DNA from: Calcarisporiella thermophila CBS 279.70 | Taxonomy: Eukaryota > Fungi > Calcarisporiellomycota | DNA length: 64,000 nt | Direction of reading: 5' to 3' | Assembly: GCF_041956535.1 (NCBI RefSeq) | Contig: NW_027192193.1 | Span: 1,312,678-1,376,677, forward strand | In this document: piece by piece, positions 1-14,011 of the stretch | Position numbering within the stretch: position 1 is the first letter of the stretch | Layout of the letters: every line of letters begins with the position of its first letter | Notes under the pieces: generated by a model | What the model was told of the DNA's origin: nothing | What the model saw: only the letters and a program-made list of their open reading frames with translations | Database searches by the model: none | Made by a program: the position numbers and the translations under genes

Positions 1-429
1 TCATAAGCTCGTGAGATCGCAAGCGAGCCACGAATAGACACTCCGGAGTGTCCCTGACGTGGAGCTAACCTTCTCTCGTCTAGGAATATCATAGGATGAG
101 GAATATTTGACGCAAAATGAATAGGTTCTGGTACTGGCGGATATAGAGTTGAGATGCTTATCTCTTTCAATAGAGTTAGTGTTCAAGTATTTGAAAGCCA
201 CAGTTCAAACAGAAAAAAAATTGTAGGCCAAAACGAATCAACTACGTATAACATTTCAGTTGTTATCTTGCGCAGATAGCAGAGTGTGTGTTCTTTTTTC
301 TTTAGCCCTTTCTTCTTGAATTCCTACTCCACATTTCTAACTCTCCGTATTAACATTCGTTCTTTTCTATGCCAAATTTGTTGTCCGCATCGATCTCCAG
401 CATCTAATTTGAATCGTTTCCCTCGTATA

Positions 430-1649
430 ATGAACATGACGGGCAACATGCCCATGGTTGCCATGAGCAGCAGCCTGCGCTCCACTCACGATAAATCACA
501 GAACATGCTCACTGCTTCCTTTCCGCCCTACCCCACACCAAGTGACATGAGCGAATTGGATGCAGCGGGCGAAGGTGTTTTTTTTTTGATCTTATTCTCT
601 CTTAGATGAGTGTGATTAACCACAGGATTTCATCTCTAGATTACAAGTTCAACCATGGACAACTTGGAGGAAGCGGCTTTCTTGTCATTCCTGCAACTCC
701 ATCTGAAATGCCCGCAACTCCACTTCTTAACGACAGTGAGCAGCAATGGTTTTCAGAGTTTCTTGATCAAGTCGACGTTGATCAAGATTTTGTGTTTAAT
801 TTCTCCCTCCCCCATCTGGGATTGATGCAACCTCCACCAGCACCTCCAACCTTACACTCCCCCCCACCTCCTCTCCCACCCTCTTACACCTCTATCGCTC
901 ATGCTAAGGGGACAAACTTCTATCAGCAGCCATCGCACCCCTTCACTCCTTGCAGCGAGGCTGGTAAACACCAGGAACGGTCGCACTCACCCACCGCTAC
1001 AAGTAGTGCGCTCCCATCACCAGACTCTAGATCTAACGCGGCTGTTCCTCTTTCTCTTAAGCGCAGACTTCCGTCCGAAGAGCAGAAGGACCACACAAAT
1101 ACAAAATCTCCCAGCGACGAAGATCCTGAGAAATTACCGGGTGCTCATTCTCCCTCACCGCCCACGAAAAAGCCATGCACATCCTCACAAAGTCCCACTC
1201 CTTCTCCACGCATTCCATCCTCTACCCACCCCGATCCTTCCCAATCGCCAAATAGTGTCAAATCAAACCGTCGCTATCGTGAGCTCCTCACGGAAGAAGA
1301 AAAGCGTGCAAATCACATTGCATCCGAGCAAAAGCGCCGCAACCAGATCCGGGCTGGGTTTCGAGATCTAACCGAAATCGTCCCCTCGCTGCAGAACGTA
1401 AACAGCTCAAAGAGCACCATTCTCTTCACGGCAGTAGAATTCATACGTCGGCTGGAACGGCGGAATGCCGTACTGCGAGGGAAAGTGGAGCAGCTGGAGG
1501 GAAGAATTAATCTAGGAAGGGAGAGAGGATGGGGCCACTTGCTTACCCTATCAAACCATTCGAATGATCCTCAGAGACTGCCTTCCCGTCCCTTTGGCCC
1601 GATGGAGTCGCTGGAGAGGGAGCGAAGACTGCCGAGGGAAACCTCATAA
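430..1649 (+). CDS. bHLH-ZIP transcription factor (Ino4/Mlx-like)
   Basis: ATG at 430; phase-1 intron 575-639 (gtgttt...ctag) joins in frame to ORF 606-1649. The C-terminal ELLTEEEKRANHIASEQKRRNQIRAGFRDLTEIVP...SKSTILFTAVEFIRRLE is a bHLH followed by a leucine zipper. Confidence 0.85.
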
Positions 1650-2371
1650 CGATTTTAGCTGTATCTGATTTCAGTTTCCTTTATATCTTTATACTTCTAT
1701 GTACAATCGCTCTTTCTGCCAATTGATAATATTTCTTTTTAATACTCATATTTCTTGTTATTATTTTGACTACTTTTTTCTCGTTTCCTCTTTTAATCTT
1801 AATTGTAGATTTTGCCTTTTTTTTATTTCAATCTGATATTGACAGTTTTCCTTATCCCTAATGGTAGCATATTTATTATTGCTTTTTTTTTTCCTGACTT
1901 TGCGACACAAATCCGCAAATGGTGCATTCGAGAAAATTTCCCCTTAGCTCATCTCTACTTTTTCAGATTCCTCTGCTTCCAAGTCGAAACCGAAGACTCT
2001 CCGACGACCATATTCACACTCCTCTTCATTTATAGGTACACAAGTGTTGTGGTCCATGCCCCTTTGTTGACGGTGACATTTAATATTAGAATCAGCAAGG
2101 AATTTGAATTCCTTGTTTTATTTTTAGTTGAAACCGCAAATTAAGAAAATGCACGCTGCGTCATTGACGTAATGGACTGAGCACATGAAACTAGGCGAGC
2201 AGAAGCAATTCTGGTTGTAAGGAAGGCCCAAGGGTAGAAATATTCTGGCATGTCTTCTGACTCGCTTCGGCCTCGGAGCCCAATATGTACGAAAGAGACC
2301 ATTTGATTGAGCTGCTATTTTCGGGGAAGCCGGTCTAACTATCTTGATTTCGGATCTAACTCTCAGGGGAG

Positions 2372-2414
2372 AGGAGCAATGAATGTCTAAGGAGCAATGA
2401 ATGTCTAAGGAGCA
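2372..2414. repeat. 18-bp tandem repeat (aggagcaatgaatgtcta x2.4)
   Basis: Directly visible exact duplication upstream of the RhoGEF gene. Confidence 0.8.
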
Positions 2415-2825
2415 GAAGAGAGAGGGCTTTAGTGAAGGCGCAACAAGATGCATGGAGAACACGCAGAGAGTTGTTGGCCAATTCGGTTAAGACTTGTAAA
2501 GTTAGCTTGAAATAGGAATTTGAAAAGTCTATCGACCAGAGTTACAAACCCCACCCTCGGGGCCAAACGAAAATTTTTGGCTAAATAGTAAGGATTGGAA
2601 AGATAAGGCGATTAACCATGTTAAGAAGAGGGCCTAGAGGAATATTCCTTCATTTCTAATTAACTGTCGAATAGGGATGGAACTGATCATTGTTGTACAC
2701 GGAAAGCTTTATTCTTTCTATTCTAAGAGGGAGTGACGTCAGTCTAAGCGCTCCGTTTTGCTCTGAGCCTTCTCTCTTTGTCTGCTTCTCCAGGAAAACA
2801 ATGCCAGACACTGGGTACTAACCAC

Positions 2826-5800
2826 ATGGACTCAAAATATAATCAGGTGGTAGACGAAAGAACACGTCTCCCCGCAACTGTGGAGCCTTCTCCCATCAAA
2901 GTATCACTCGATAAACCGCTCCCATCCCCGACGCATTCTCCTCTTAATCATTCGACGCATAGGCGAAGTGAGTACACAGTGGCCCCGTTGATCCTGAGGG
3001 GGTGGGGTAGTAGGATTTCTAATCATCATTTTATTTGTGGATGTATTAGCCCCATCTAATGCAAGCCAAGTATCCAATAAGTCGTTACCACCAGAGCCAA
3101 AAACTCCTGAAAGGCTATATGGCTACGGCCGGATGATGGAGAGTGCTGGCCTGCCGTCAACCAAATCTACACCCCATTTGCCACGAAATTCGAACGAGCT
3201 AGAAAATATGGATCAACTCCCAGGGTTACCAGAGAAGCCCATCAGCCGAACTCATCAACGAGGTATGTGTTTTGGAACATCCCCGTTGGGTTGCTCTTCT
3301 TTACTTTCTTACAGATGTCTGAATGATGACGCTGGAATGTGTTGTACTAGCTCCTTCAAACGGAAGTCAGTTCTCCTTCACCATATCACTCGCCCAAGAA
3401 AGCATCCCGCCTACATTTAATGATTTTGATGGGGTGCATCACCCCGCTTCTCAACTCGCGCAGCCACCTCTTCCAAAAAATAAAATCGGTGGTATTGCAC
3501 TCCGTCGAAGTAAATGTCTCTGCGATTATAACATGATAGGCGTTTCGATGATTAACTTGTATATAATTTGCCAACCACCTAGTTCCCTCGAATAGCAGCC
3601 AGCTTTCCACCCAGCTCTCACCTATTAATACCCGTCGGTCGTTCGAGAGCCTGCGTTCAGCACGCATGATCCAGGCTACGTCTACAGACCGTACACACTC
3701 CCTCTCCTCCAACTACTCGCTTGATATTCCTCCCTCTGAGCGCTCGCTTACCCCGACCAGGCTTCGCGCGCCCATCGTTTACCCTGCCCTTTTGTCTCGT
3801 GTGGCATTGGCTTTTCGCCAACGAATCACACTCAACACACGAAACAAAGACTCGCTATCATACACGGATTGTTTCGACGGGCGTGAGGCGGTGGATGTTT
3901 TGGCGCAGATTATCAGAACCACCGACAGAAACCTGGCTTTGCTAGTGGGGCGAGCATTGGATTCGCAGAAGTTCTTTCATGATGTGACCTATGATCATCG
4001 CTTGCGGGATTCCGCCACGGAATTGTACCGACTGCGAGAAAATGTCACCGTTGCTCCACCGTTACCCCCAGATGACGACCTTCCCCCCGAGAGTCCAGTG
4101 ACGCCCTCTCCTGAACAATTGCTGGAGGAAGAGGGGGATCTTCCAAATGGTGTTTTTACACTGTTGACAGATTGTTACTCGCCCACTTGTACACGATCTA
4201 AACTCTGCTATAGCATTGCTTGCCCAAGGCGCTTGGAGCAGGTAAAGATATTGTTGCTTCATTGGCTGTATTTGGATTAAACACTAGAAATTTACTAATT
4301 CGAATCAATATTTTAATTTCGAACTTTAGCAAGCGAGGTTGAATTTAGGTGGTGGCCTTAACCGCTCGGTTAGCCAGATGTCCAACCATGAAGTTCAACA
4401 GGTAAATTATCAAAAAAAATTGGTACATATTCCATACTTCTATAATTCTCACTTTTGTAATTTTTTGTCTTTTTCCCGCTTTCGAAATTTTGTCTCTAGG
4501 ATCAACGGCTGTGGATCCATTCTGTACCAAAGGAAATTGCTGACTCGGTATCTTCGGAGGAGCGCAAGCGCCAAGAAAATATTTTTGAACTTATTTATAC
4601 AGAAAAAGACTTTGTTTCTGATATGGAATACCTTCGTGAGGTACATTTCGATTCCTTTGCTATTTTTGCGCGAACACTGTTTACTAACGAATTGAGCAAA
4701 TTTAGTTCTGGATTAGGCCTCTTCTCACTACCAACATCATACCGGAGGATCGTCGTGACAAATTTGTGCACGATGTATTCTACAATATTCTCGAGGTGCA
4801 TGCAATTAATGCTCGTATGTGCGACGCGTTGCAAAAGCGCCAGAACGCCTATGCGGTGGTGGATCAGATTGGCGATTTGTTGCTTGACCATGTGGTTAAT
4901 TTCGAACCCTTTGTGCGCTATGGTGCTCACCAAATGATTGGCAAATATGTATTTGAGCGCGAGCGAGCAGTGAATCAATTATTTGCACAGTTCGTTCATG
5001 AGATCGAGCGCCGACCCGAGTCGAGGAAACTCGAATTGAACGGCTACCTTACCAAGCCTACTACACGACTTGCGCGGTACAACTTGTTGCTTGGACAAAT
5101 ACTGAAGCACACACCGGAAGGGCATCCGGACCACGTGAATATTCCACGAGTGATGGAGATCATCCGAGAGTTCTTGAACCGCGTCAATGTCGAAACGGGT
5201 AAAACGGAAAACCGGTTTAACTTGGAGCAACTCCACGAGCGCATCGTGTTCAAAGCTGGGAGCGAGCCGGTCGACCTTCATCTTCTGGATAGCCACCGAC
5301 AGCTGATCTTGAAAGGGCCTCTGAATCGCAAGGGCGGCGATCAGAACTCGGATTTGCAGGTCTTTTTGTTTGATCATATGCTAGTTTTTACGAAGATCAA
5401 GATTATCCACAAGTTTGAGCAATATCGCGTCCACAAATACGTGAGTGATCATGAGCCCCCTTATCTCACCGCCGCCAACGAGTACATTTGACTAATATTT
5501 TTCTACTGTTTTATTTTTTGTCACCATTGCTTTAGCCTATACCATTGGAGCTTCTCCAAGTCTCATGCCCTGACCAACATCACCACGGTCGTCGCCCAAG
5601 CTCCATTCTTCCGTATAGTCGCAGCACCCCCAATATTGCTACCCCTCCCACTACTACCAAAACCGAGATGAAGACAGGATATCCCATCATGTTTGTCCAC
5701 CTTGGTCGCAAGGAGGCCACTCCACTCACCTTGTACGCCCCAACGCAGATGGGTCGCCGTCAGTGGTTGGACAAGATTGAGAAGCAGAGGAAGATGATTT

Positions 5801-7174
5801 TCGAGCGGACACGAATATTTGCCACTAACAGTCTATCTGAAAAGCACTTTCCAAGTCACAACAAGGTCAATTGCTCGACCACCTTCGGTAAGTTTAATTA
5901 TTATTTGAGAGAGGGTCTCTTCAGATTCTTTCATTAACACGATTTTTTTTCCATATATACAGAGAATGGAAAAAAGATTATTTATGGCACAAATTTCGGT
6001 TTGAGTGTGGGCACACCCGGGAGCTCGAACAAGCAACTTCAGTACGTCCTCACGATCGAGAAGGTCTCACAGGTCGAAGTCATCGAGGAGGCACGGATTG
6101 TCCTTGTTCTAGCAGATAGAAATCTTTATTCGTATCCTCTCGAAATTCTGGATCCTGACGACACCAACCCTGCCAATCGACGCGGCCGTCGAATAAGCTC
6201 TCACGTGTCCTTCTTCAAATATGGAACTTGCATGGAGAGAAATTTGATCTGTGTTGTGAAGAGCAATACGCTAAGCACAACGATCAAAGCTCTGGAGCCG
6301 CAGCTGGTGTCTGGAAGCCGGAAGAGCAGGCCGAGTTTGGGGCGACTGTTACGCGGAGGCAACGATAACCTGAGGATCTATAAAATACTGTATATCCCAA
6401 CCGAGTCCACCTCCATCCACTTTCTGAAGACAAAGCTATGCGTCGGCTGTACGAAGGGATTTGAGATCGTCGACCTGGAGACCCTCAATACCCAAGGCCT
6501 CCTGGACCCCGACGACGAGTCCCTACATTTTGCGCAAAAGCGAGAAAATGTGTGCCCGATAGCTATCTACCGCGTTCGGAGCGGAGAGTTCCTGCTATGT
6601 TACGACGAGTTTGCTTTTTACGTGGACAAGAATGGAAGACGCACTCGCCGTGACTGGCTGGTCTCTTGGGAGGGCCGGCCGACTGCCTTTGCCTTCTTGA
6701 GCCCGTTTGTGGTTGGATTTGAGCCGCGGTTTATTGAAGTCTGGAACGTGTACACCGTAAGTAGCCTCATATCACAGTGGCTCGAATTGATGTAGTGATT
6801 GACTGAACGTTTTATGAATCAAATAGGGCGTAAGAGAACAGGTCATTCAAGGAACCAACATTCGATGTCTCACTCCAAATGTTCTCCATGGGCCCATTCA
6901 TGCTGTGATGGACGACGGCGATTGGCAGTATGTCTTTTCGCTCTCGCTCTCCGAAAAAGGAATGGAGCTAGCCGCAACGACCATAGAGCGCTCAAAGTCG
7001 GCAGGTACGACAACAGGAAAAGGCGGCTGGAAGAGCAAGAAATTGCCAGCGACCCCCCCCTCTTCGACGTGGAATCCGAATGCGGTCCCTCCACAGCCAC
7101 CTCCTCATCGGGCGGTACCAACTTCGGCCCTGAGTATTACTTCAGAGGGGAGTGATACTTCACCCTTGATCTGA
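2826..7174 (+). CDS. ROM2: Rho1 guanine nucleotide exchange factor, Rom1/Rom2/Rgf1 family (DEP-DH-PH-CNH), multi-exon
   Basis: VYPALLSRVA and DEP motif (FDGREAVD...LGRALDSQKFFHDVTYDHRLRDS); LPNGVFTLLTDCYSPTC; DH domain (ESRKLELNGYLTKPTTRLARY); PH domain; CNH domain (FLKTKLCVGCTKGFEIVDLETL, EFLLCYDEFAFYVDKNG). The start codon is approximate. Confidence 0.93.
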
Positions 7175-7561
7175 GTCCTAGCTATTTGATTTTTTTTTGT
7201 TTTGCTCTGATTCCACTTAAAGTTTAGAAAATAGCTTGATTTATATACTCGCGATTATTTTTTTCTCATATAATCCTTTTTTTTATTTTTGAGATTTTAT
7301 ATTACCATATATTTGTACATCAATTTACTTCTCTCATCTCCATCCTTTTCTCCCGTGCTTTTCTTTTACACATTTTTTTCTATATCTGTTTGTTTTTTTA
7401 TTTTAATGTAGAGTAAAAAAATATTGATTAAAATATTAAGTGTTTGATTGATTTCCATTTTTTTTCTCACCATAATCTGCTATTATTTGCCGAAATATAT
7501 ATTATTCATGCTTATATACTGATAAGAAACTTTGGCAATATACACAAACGTAGAGTGTAAG

Positions 7562-8654
7562 TTAAATAAGTTCCGTGTCGTTTTCTGTGACTTCACGTTC
7601 ATCCCAAAACCCATCGTCCACTGTCATAATTTTTTCCGGGTCGAACGATTGCCAGCAGGTGTCATTGAAGACACAATTATCTTCAAAGGAAGAAGGGAAT
7701 TCTACACACTGTAGGAGTGTAAGAGAGGGGAGTAAGTAGGGTGCCTTGCGATTTAGCGTTGCTTCCGTGTTACTATACATCCATAGAGAGTAGGAGAAAG
7801 GGGTTTAATTCAATCAGGGCGAACACGAGAAACGAGGTGGAGAAAAGTGACCTACTTTTCAGCATACTTTTCAATTCGATTACCGATCAAGACGAGCTTT
7901 TCCAACTTTTCCTGTGACCAGTTTGAGCCTAGTAGGTTGCTGTAGAGTGTCTGGCTACAGTGCGGCATATAGAAAAGAGTGGGGAGGGATATAGGTCTTT
8001 TAGCACGCTAACATCATAAGATTACGGCTGTCAGGAGATAGTAGCATAAATAACTGAACACAACCATAACATACCTCGTTGGTAGGTATAAGGAGCATGT
8101 CGTAATGTGCGAGAACATCATGGTCTTCAGTCGTGAATATAGGGTCATAAATATATACCTTGCCTGTTATCTATTAGAACAGAAGCATATAGGCATCCTT
8201 ATCAATTTCGGATACTTTTTGTTTAGCTGGAGGGTTACCTCAAGTATTTCACGAAGCTTCAATAAGAGCGCAAACTGGAATTGTGATATTCGCGAACTTA
8301 GAGTGCCAATACCATAGCATACAATGTCGTGAAAGGGCAATTTGCACACTTTGGTGGCAAGAAGATCTAAGAACACAAAGTCATAAATCAATGAAATGCC
8401 AAAATTGACACAGCAAAACAGAAGGAGAAGAGGAACAATAGGAGGATACCGAGTAGCTCGCTATAGAATTTGCTTGCAACCAGCGACTCTATTCTTGACT
8501 CGATGCTTTCCTTTAGAGACACTGTTTGGGGTTGTTTCCGGCGGCCTCGCTTTTTATTGATAACTGGCTTATAATTAAAGGCACCATTCGTTGGCGTTGT
8601 GGTAGCTACTGCCGCTGCATCTGTTGCAGTCGACACATGGTTGAGGTCCTTCAT
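7562..8654 (-). CDS. SRR1/BER1-like protein (SRR1 domain), multi-exon
   Basis: Motifs IVCYGIGTLSSRISQFQFALL, TLFYMPHCSQTLYSNLLGSNW (read from the reverse complement of ~7915-7980) and VFNDTCWQSF. Confidence 0.85.
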
Positions 8655-8838
8655 TTTAAGGTGGGGATATGCAATATGGGGGAATGGGTGCAAATAAAAG
8701 TTATCTGGGGGGTGGCGCAGACGGGCTAGCCCAGCCACATAATGTCACTCCTCGTAACCATATATTCATTCTACGGCTTTTTGGCCTGGGCTTGGATCAG
8801 TCGGAGACGCGGTTGATTTTGAAGAAGCAAGATTCAGG

Positions 8839-11037
8839 ATGGTTCGTGGAGCCGAGTTCAAGAGTGACATATATGAATACCTCGAGGCACTTCCCACAAC
8901 AACCTTCCAAAGACTATTCTTGAAACCAGCGACATGTCTTGCTATTTTCAGGTGAATTCTCTGATAAATAATAATTTTGAAGAGCAAACAAAAATGGAGA
9001 TTAGAGGTGATTAAAACTCATTTATCTCATATCATTAAAGACTGCTTCCGAGCCTAGCACGGCAGTTTGTCATGGCAATGCTCTACGTTAAACAGCCGAT
9101 ACCAATACAACAATTGTCGCGGTGGGTTGTTGTTGAAGCAGCCAAGTAAGTGGAATGCATCTGCCTTTTTCGCCAATATAGTCGTAATAGATTCATCGAT
9201 TTCTTTAAATTTAGAAAGCGATCGGACAGCTTGGCCAAATTAGCCAAGCTTCACGTTGTAACGGAGAAGAATGGCATGCTTGTAATGGACGAAACTTTTC
9301 GGCTTCAATTTCAAAACGCTTTAACCGGAGGGTAATGCATACACGCATTTGGGCGTGATTATACTTTTAAATCAATGCGGTTTTTATAATGGTCATATAT
9401 TTAATATATTAGAGGAACGGATCAGAGCTTTGGCCTTCCATGTTCTTCAGCGGACAAGCATAAAGTAGATATCGAGTTTTTAGATAACTACGCGAATCAG
9501 CAGTGGAGTGTGAGTTAATGTATCAAGAGAATGTACTCAGCAGCTCCTTTATAGCTAAAGTGAATATAGGCCATTTTGCATTTCATGGTTGGCACTACGA
9601 CAAGCAAGCGGCCAAGTAAAGGAGTTTTAAAACTCATGAGGCGCTCTGGGCTTATGGCCGAGTGAGTGAAAGAGCGGCAGCAATGAGAACCTAAATATAG
9701 AGACTGACTCATATTCTGCTGTTAAAGTTCGGAAGGATCATCCGGTCAGAGAATTACACATAAAGGCTTCCAGTTCTTATTACAAGACGTGAATACCCAG
9801 GTCTGGGCGTTTTTATTGCAGTATCTCGATATGGCAGAGGTAAAAAGAACACAACCTAGGATATCAGTTCGCAAGAGGGTACCTAGTATTAATTCGGTTG
9901 GACATCAAACTAACTCACTTTTGTATTGATTTGAATCCTGCAGAACTTGGACATGGATTTGGTCGAAGTTCTTAACTTCTTTTTCCAGTTGGGAAGTCTC
10001 GAGTTGGGTCGGGATTATTCAGTCGAAACGCTGACACCTACTCAAAGACAAATGTTAGAGGATCTGAGGGACTACGGAATTGTTTACCAGCGAAAAGTAT
10101 GGGAGAGTTAATCTAGTATGTTTTTGCAAGAGCCAGTTGTCATATGGCCTTTATGATTTCTAGGGAAGTTCGAGACGATATTATCCAACACGCCTAGCCA
10201 CTACACTCACCACTGGCAGCACTCCATTCGTTAACGGCAAGGGCGTGGGGCCCCACGATGACTCCGCAGCAGGGAGTGGTAAAGCGACGACAGAGCTTGA
10301 AGCAGATGCTGGCTTTTTAATCTTAGAGACAAACTATCGGTTGTATGCATACACAGGTATTGCTCTATCTTTGCATATTTTAGCGCCAAGCAATATTGTA
10401 ATTCTAAGTTTTGTTATGGTAATTACTAGATTCCACTCTGGTTATTTCTATATTGAATCTATTCACGAGTCTTAAAACGCGTTTCCCGAATATGGTTGCG
10501 GGGATGATAACACGTGATAGCGTTAGATCCGCTCTTTCAAAAGGAATTACCGCGGACCAAGTAAATAGCAGCGTTTGAGAGCGTTGTTGCCTTTATATCA
10601 ACCCTGTCCTCTTACTTCTCGTTTTTAGATTATAGCTTATTTGACGACCCACGCGCACTCGCAGATGCGGAAAAAGGTAAGCAAATAACATCCAAGTCCC
10701 TATTCGTATGCTTATTCGATGTGATTCGCTGATTTCATTTTAGTCACCCGTCTTACCCCCCACTGTGGTTGACCAAATTCGGCTTTGGGAAATGGAGCTC
10801 AATCGCATGCAGTCCACCCCCGGCTATCTCTACCAGCAATTCAATACGCGCGCCGACTATGAACTTGTGGTCAAATACGCGTCCGATCTCGGTGTATTGC
10901 GGTGGAGTAGCGCGAAGTTGCGTATGTTTGTGGTAACCGTGGAGGGACATGAAATGGTAAAAGCGTTTATTAAAAGGAGGATGAAACCCACCGGGAACGG
11001 GACGGCTACCGCCACAGCCAGCCCTGCACCGTCGTGA
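8839..11037 (+). CDS. TFB2: TFIIH subunit Tfb2/p52, multi-exon
   Basis: N-terminus [28 protein letters not shown]|[11 protein letters not shown]; [18 protein letters not shown]; [11 protein letters not shown]; [15 protein letters not shown]; [17 protein letters not shown]. Confidence 0.95.
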
Positions 11038-11404
11038 CACAGACTATCTGTTTTCAGCTCCACTAACTTAGCCTTGAATTCGTTTTTTCTATTGCATTTA
11101 TTTTTTTCCCTCTTGCATATCTCTTCCTCCTCGCCCCTCAATTTCTTCCTCCTTATCCACCACTCTCCATTTTCTACGAAAAGGCTGAGAATAATGAAAA
11201 CAGAAGAGCAAAAAAAAATTCATTTATATATTATTTATTTAATAATAATAAAATGATTGCATTATATTGTCGCAATTTTTGATGGTTCCAAAATTGAATC
11301 AAAAAGATAGCAGATAAAAATCAAAAGTCGAATAAATAGCAAATCGCATGAATATATCACATTAAGAACTAAAAAGCATATCTTTCATTAAGAGTAGATT
11401 TCAG

Positions 11405-12794
11405 TTATTCGTATCCCTTCACCATTTCTTCAAACTGCCCTTCCATCTTACATCGCTCGGAACACACGCGGAAAAGCAGCGGGACATCAGCATTGCTCAG
11501 CAATCGTGCGGCCCAAACAAGCACTTCCAGTGCAGGGGTGACAAATATTTTTTCACAGATCGCGCATCTGTTTGTCTCTGCAGCATCGATTAGGGTGGTG
11601 TGTAGGTGACGGGGGAGATCGCGTTTGATGAGGTGTGAGGATTTGCAAACATCACGGTCTCCGTTTAAAATCGTGCGCGCTGCCTGTTCCCACAGACTTG
11701 TGGGTGAACAGGCCTGCGTGTGGACACGAGTTTTGATGGGGGTGGTAACCGAGGCTCCATTATGTACAAGGTTGGTTCCCTCCTCCTGTTGATCGGTTTG
11801 TGATTGAGAGTTGATGTCTTCTATCATCGGCTGTGGCTGCTGCTCGTTATCTGCCATCGAAGGGGTGTCACGCTGTGTATCATCGGGAGGGGGAGAGAGA
11901 AGGGGGTTGGGTGTCAGGGTGAGTATTTTGAGCTTTTTTAGCCGTAGGATCTCGGCAGGCATATATGTCTAATGGTGGTGGATTAGTGTCCAGGGCGTAT
12001 AAGAAGAAGTATCGTCGATATTCACATACCAATCGGTTGTTACCCAACGATAACTCGACGAGGTTCGTTAACAGTCCAATTTGTGGTGGCACTTGTTCCA
12101 ACTTGTTGTTTCCTAGATACAGTTCGTCAGCACGAATATGTTGCATACATTGAGCAACGCTTATCTGGACTTACGTAGACTTAAGACACTTAGATTTCGT
12201 AGTTGGAATAATTCTGGACTAAGGGAGCGGAGTGAATTTGAGGAGAGAAAGAGCTTGAGGGTGTTGTGACAAATGACGTCCTGTGAAAGAACAAAAACAT
12301 GCTGTAACTCTGCTATCTCGGGTGGTAACTGAGTCAGATTCATATCACTATCGAGCAGTCATTTAGCGATCTTCCTGAATACACAATGTGTTTGATTCGC
12401 GATCTTACCTGAAATCGATATGATCAACGTTGTTTTCAATCGCATAGTTGATGGTTTCGCGTATTCGTTCTTCCACACTTCGCAGAGTAATGAGTTTGAA
12501 GCTTGGTACTCTCTCTAGTCTTCTCCTTAGCTGGGCAGGCGATGGAGGGGGTGACCAGTTATTGGACGAGGCGGAGCGCTTCAATCCGCACTGAAAAAAA
12601 TCGTGCGAAGTGTAGATTTGGGACGGAGGTGTTGAAGAGCCATCAAAAGGAATTAAATTTTCATGATGTGAATGTTGTGAGATTGTGGGGACTAGTTGGG
12701 GCACGGTCTCTTCACGGCTTGCTGATTCCATAGAGATTCGTCTCGGTTTTTCAAAAGGCCAGCGCTCTCCGACGCTAAATGGGTGGAACGACAT
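11405..12794 (-). CDS. Leucine-rich-repeat protein with BC-box-like motif and Cys-rich C-terminus (LRRC58-like)
   Basis: Four exons. LRRs: LFLSSNSLRSLSPELFQLRNLSVLSL; NNKLEQVPPQIGLLTNLVELSLGNNRL. C-terminus: PTSLWEQAARTI...DLPRHL...CAICEKIF...VPLLFRVCSERC. Confidence 0.8.
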
Positions 12795-13055
12795 TCTGAA
12801 TGATCTTTGCACTGCTGGTATATACTCTTATATGAGCTGATATATTACAACCGATGTTGATGATGTTAGGGTTTGGATTGTAGGCATATAGTATCTTGAA
12901 AAGATGGAGAAAGTATGAGTAGAGGAAACTGGCGTTAGCATTTCTGGTTTAAAAATCTTTGGGCTATCCAACCCGTAAATATCCGAGATATCTTCATATG
13001 AAGTCACATTTAATATGTTGATGCTGAAGAATTACGGGCCAAAATAAAGAGGACC

Positions 13056-14011
13056 ATGGTACCTCCAACGCGGTACAGAAGATTATTATGCAATGTTGTA
13101 CCGCTACTATTCCAACATGGCAGGCAGAGCCCTCGTAATATTTACGAGAGGGGATTTCGAATGCAACTGACTAGTGGAAGAGACAATGGTAAACTGCTAC
13201 ATGTCTCGAGATTCTGTCTGATAGATCATGTCTAATTATTTTTTTTTAAGTTGCCAGTAAAGCAGAAAAATGTGATCGAATTGCAGAAGGAAGTGTTTTG
13301 GAAAGAAGACCCAAGAAACTAAACGCGGTAAATTGCACAAGCATCTGTTTATATATTCATTTTTCAATTAGTAATAGGTAGTTTATGTAGTTGCCCTCCA
13401 TGCCAGAGACCGACGTGCAAAGATTATTTAAAGGTCCATTTTCGACAATTAGCATGGAATGCTTCAAGCTAGCAGTGCTTGCTTGGCCAGAGGGTGTTGT
13501 CTATAAACGTACTTGCAAATTGTCCAATTCTCTATACCATTATTTTTACCGAGCCTACTTTCTATGTAGACAAGAAAACTGGCGAACCAGTGCCGTATCG
13601 TGTTGCGTTTATTACCACAAAGAAGGAGGTGAGTAAATCAGCGGTTGTAAGGCATCGTGCAGGAAGACGAGTTCGTGAAGCGGCGCGGCTATTTTTTCCC
13701 AATCTTGCGCGTGAAGGTAGGAACACTGGGATCCATATTTCTTTCATATCACTTGGATTTTAATTCGTCTTTAATACACAGCACATGATTTCTTCTTCTT
13801 TGTCAAACGCAGCGCACTTAGCGCCGAGTGGACTGAACTGGTTGAGTCGATGAGAAAGGCATTGCTCGATCCTAAGCTATACGGAAGGAAGAAGAAGTCG
13901 AGCGTAATAGTAACGCGGGGAGAAGCTGGGCCGTTACCCATGGCAACTTCGACGAGGAATCGCAGTTTAGGCAGTGGGATACGAAACAAAATAAAGAAAA
14001 CACAAATATAG
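13056..14011 (+). CDS. rnpA: Bacterial-type ribonuclease P protein component (RnpA family), probably mitochondrial; 5 exons
   Basis: Introns 13189-13250, 13328-13390, 13509-13569 and 13718-13781 give a continuous frame. It reads DVQRLFKG...YRVAFITTKKEVSKSAVVRHRAGRRVREAARLFFPNLAREAHDFFFFVKRSALSAEWTELVESMRKAL, matching RnpA order (RxGxxVsKK-AVxRNRxKRxxRE-DxVxxxR-fxEL). The N-terminus is Arg-rich. Confidence 0.8.

Noticed and set aside
1-201. 66-aa minus-strand ORF at the window edge
   Set aside because: Non-ATG start and no recognisable motif.
8368-8449. SRR1 intron 1 donor gtatcctc resembles a U12-type 5' splice site
   Set aside because: It mismatches RTATCCTT and there is no TCCTTAAC-like branch site near the acceptor, so it is treated as U2-type.
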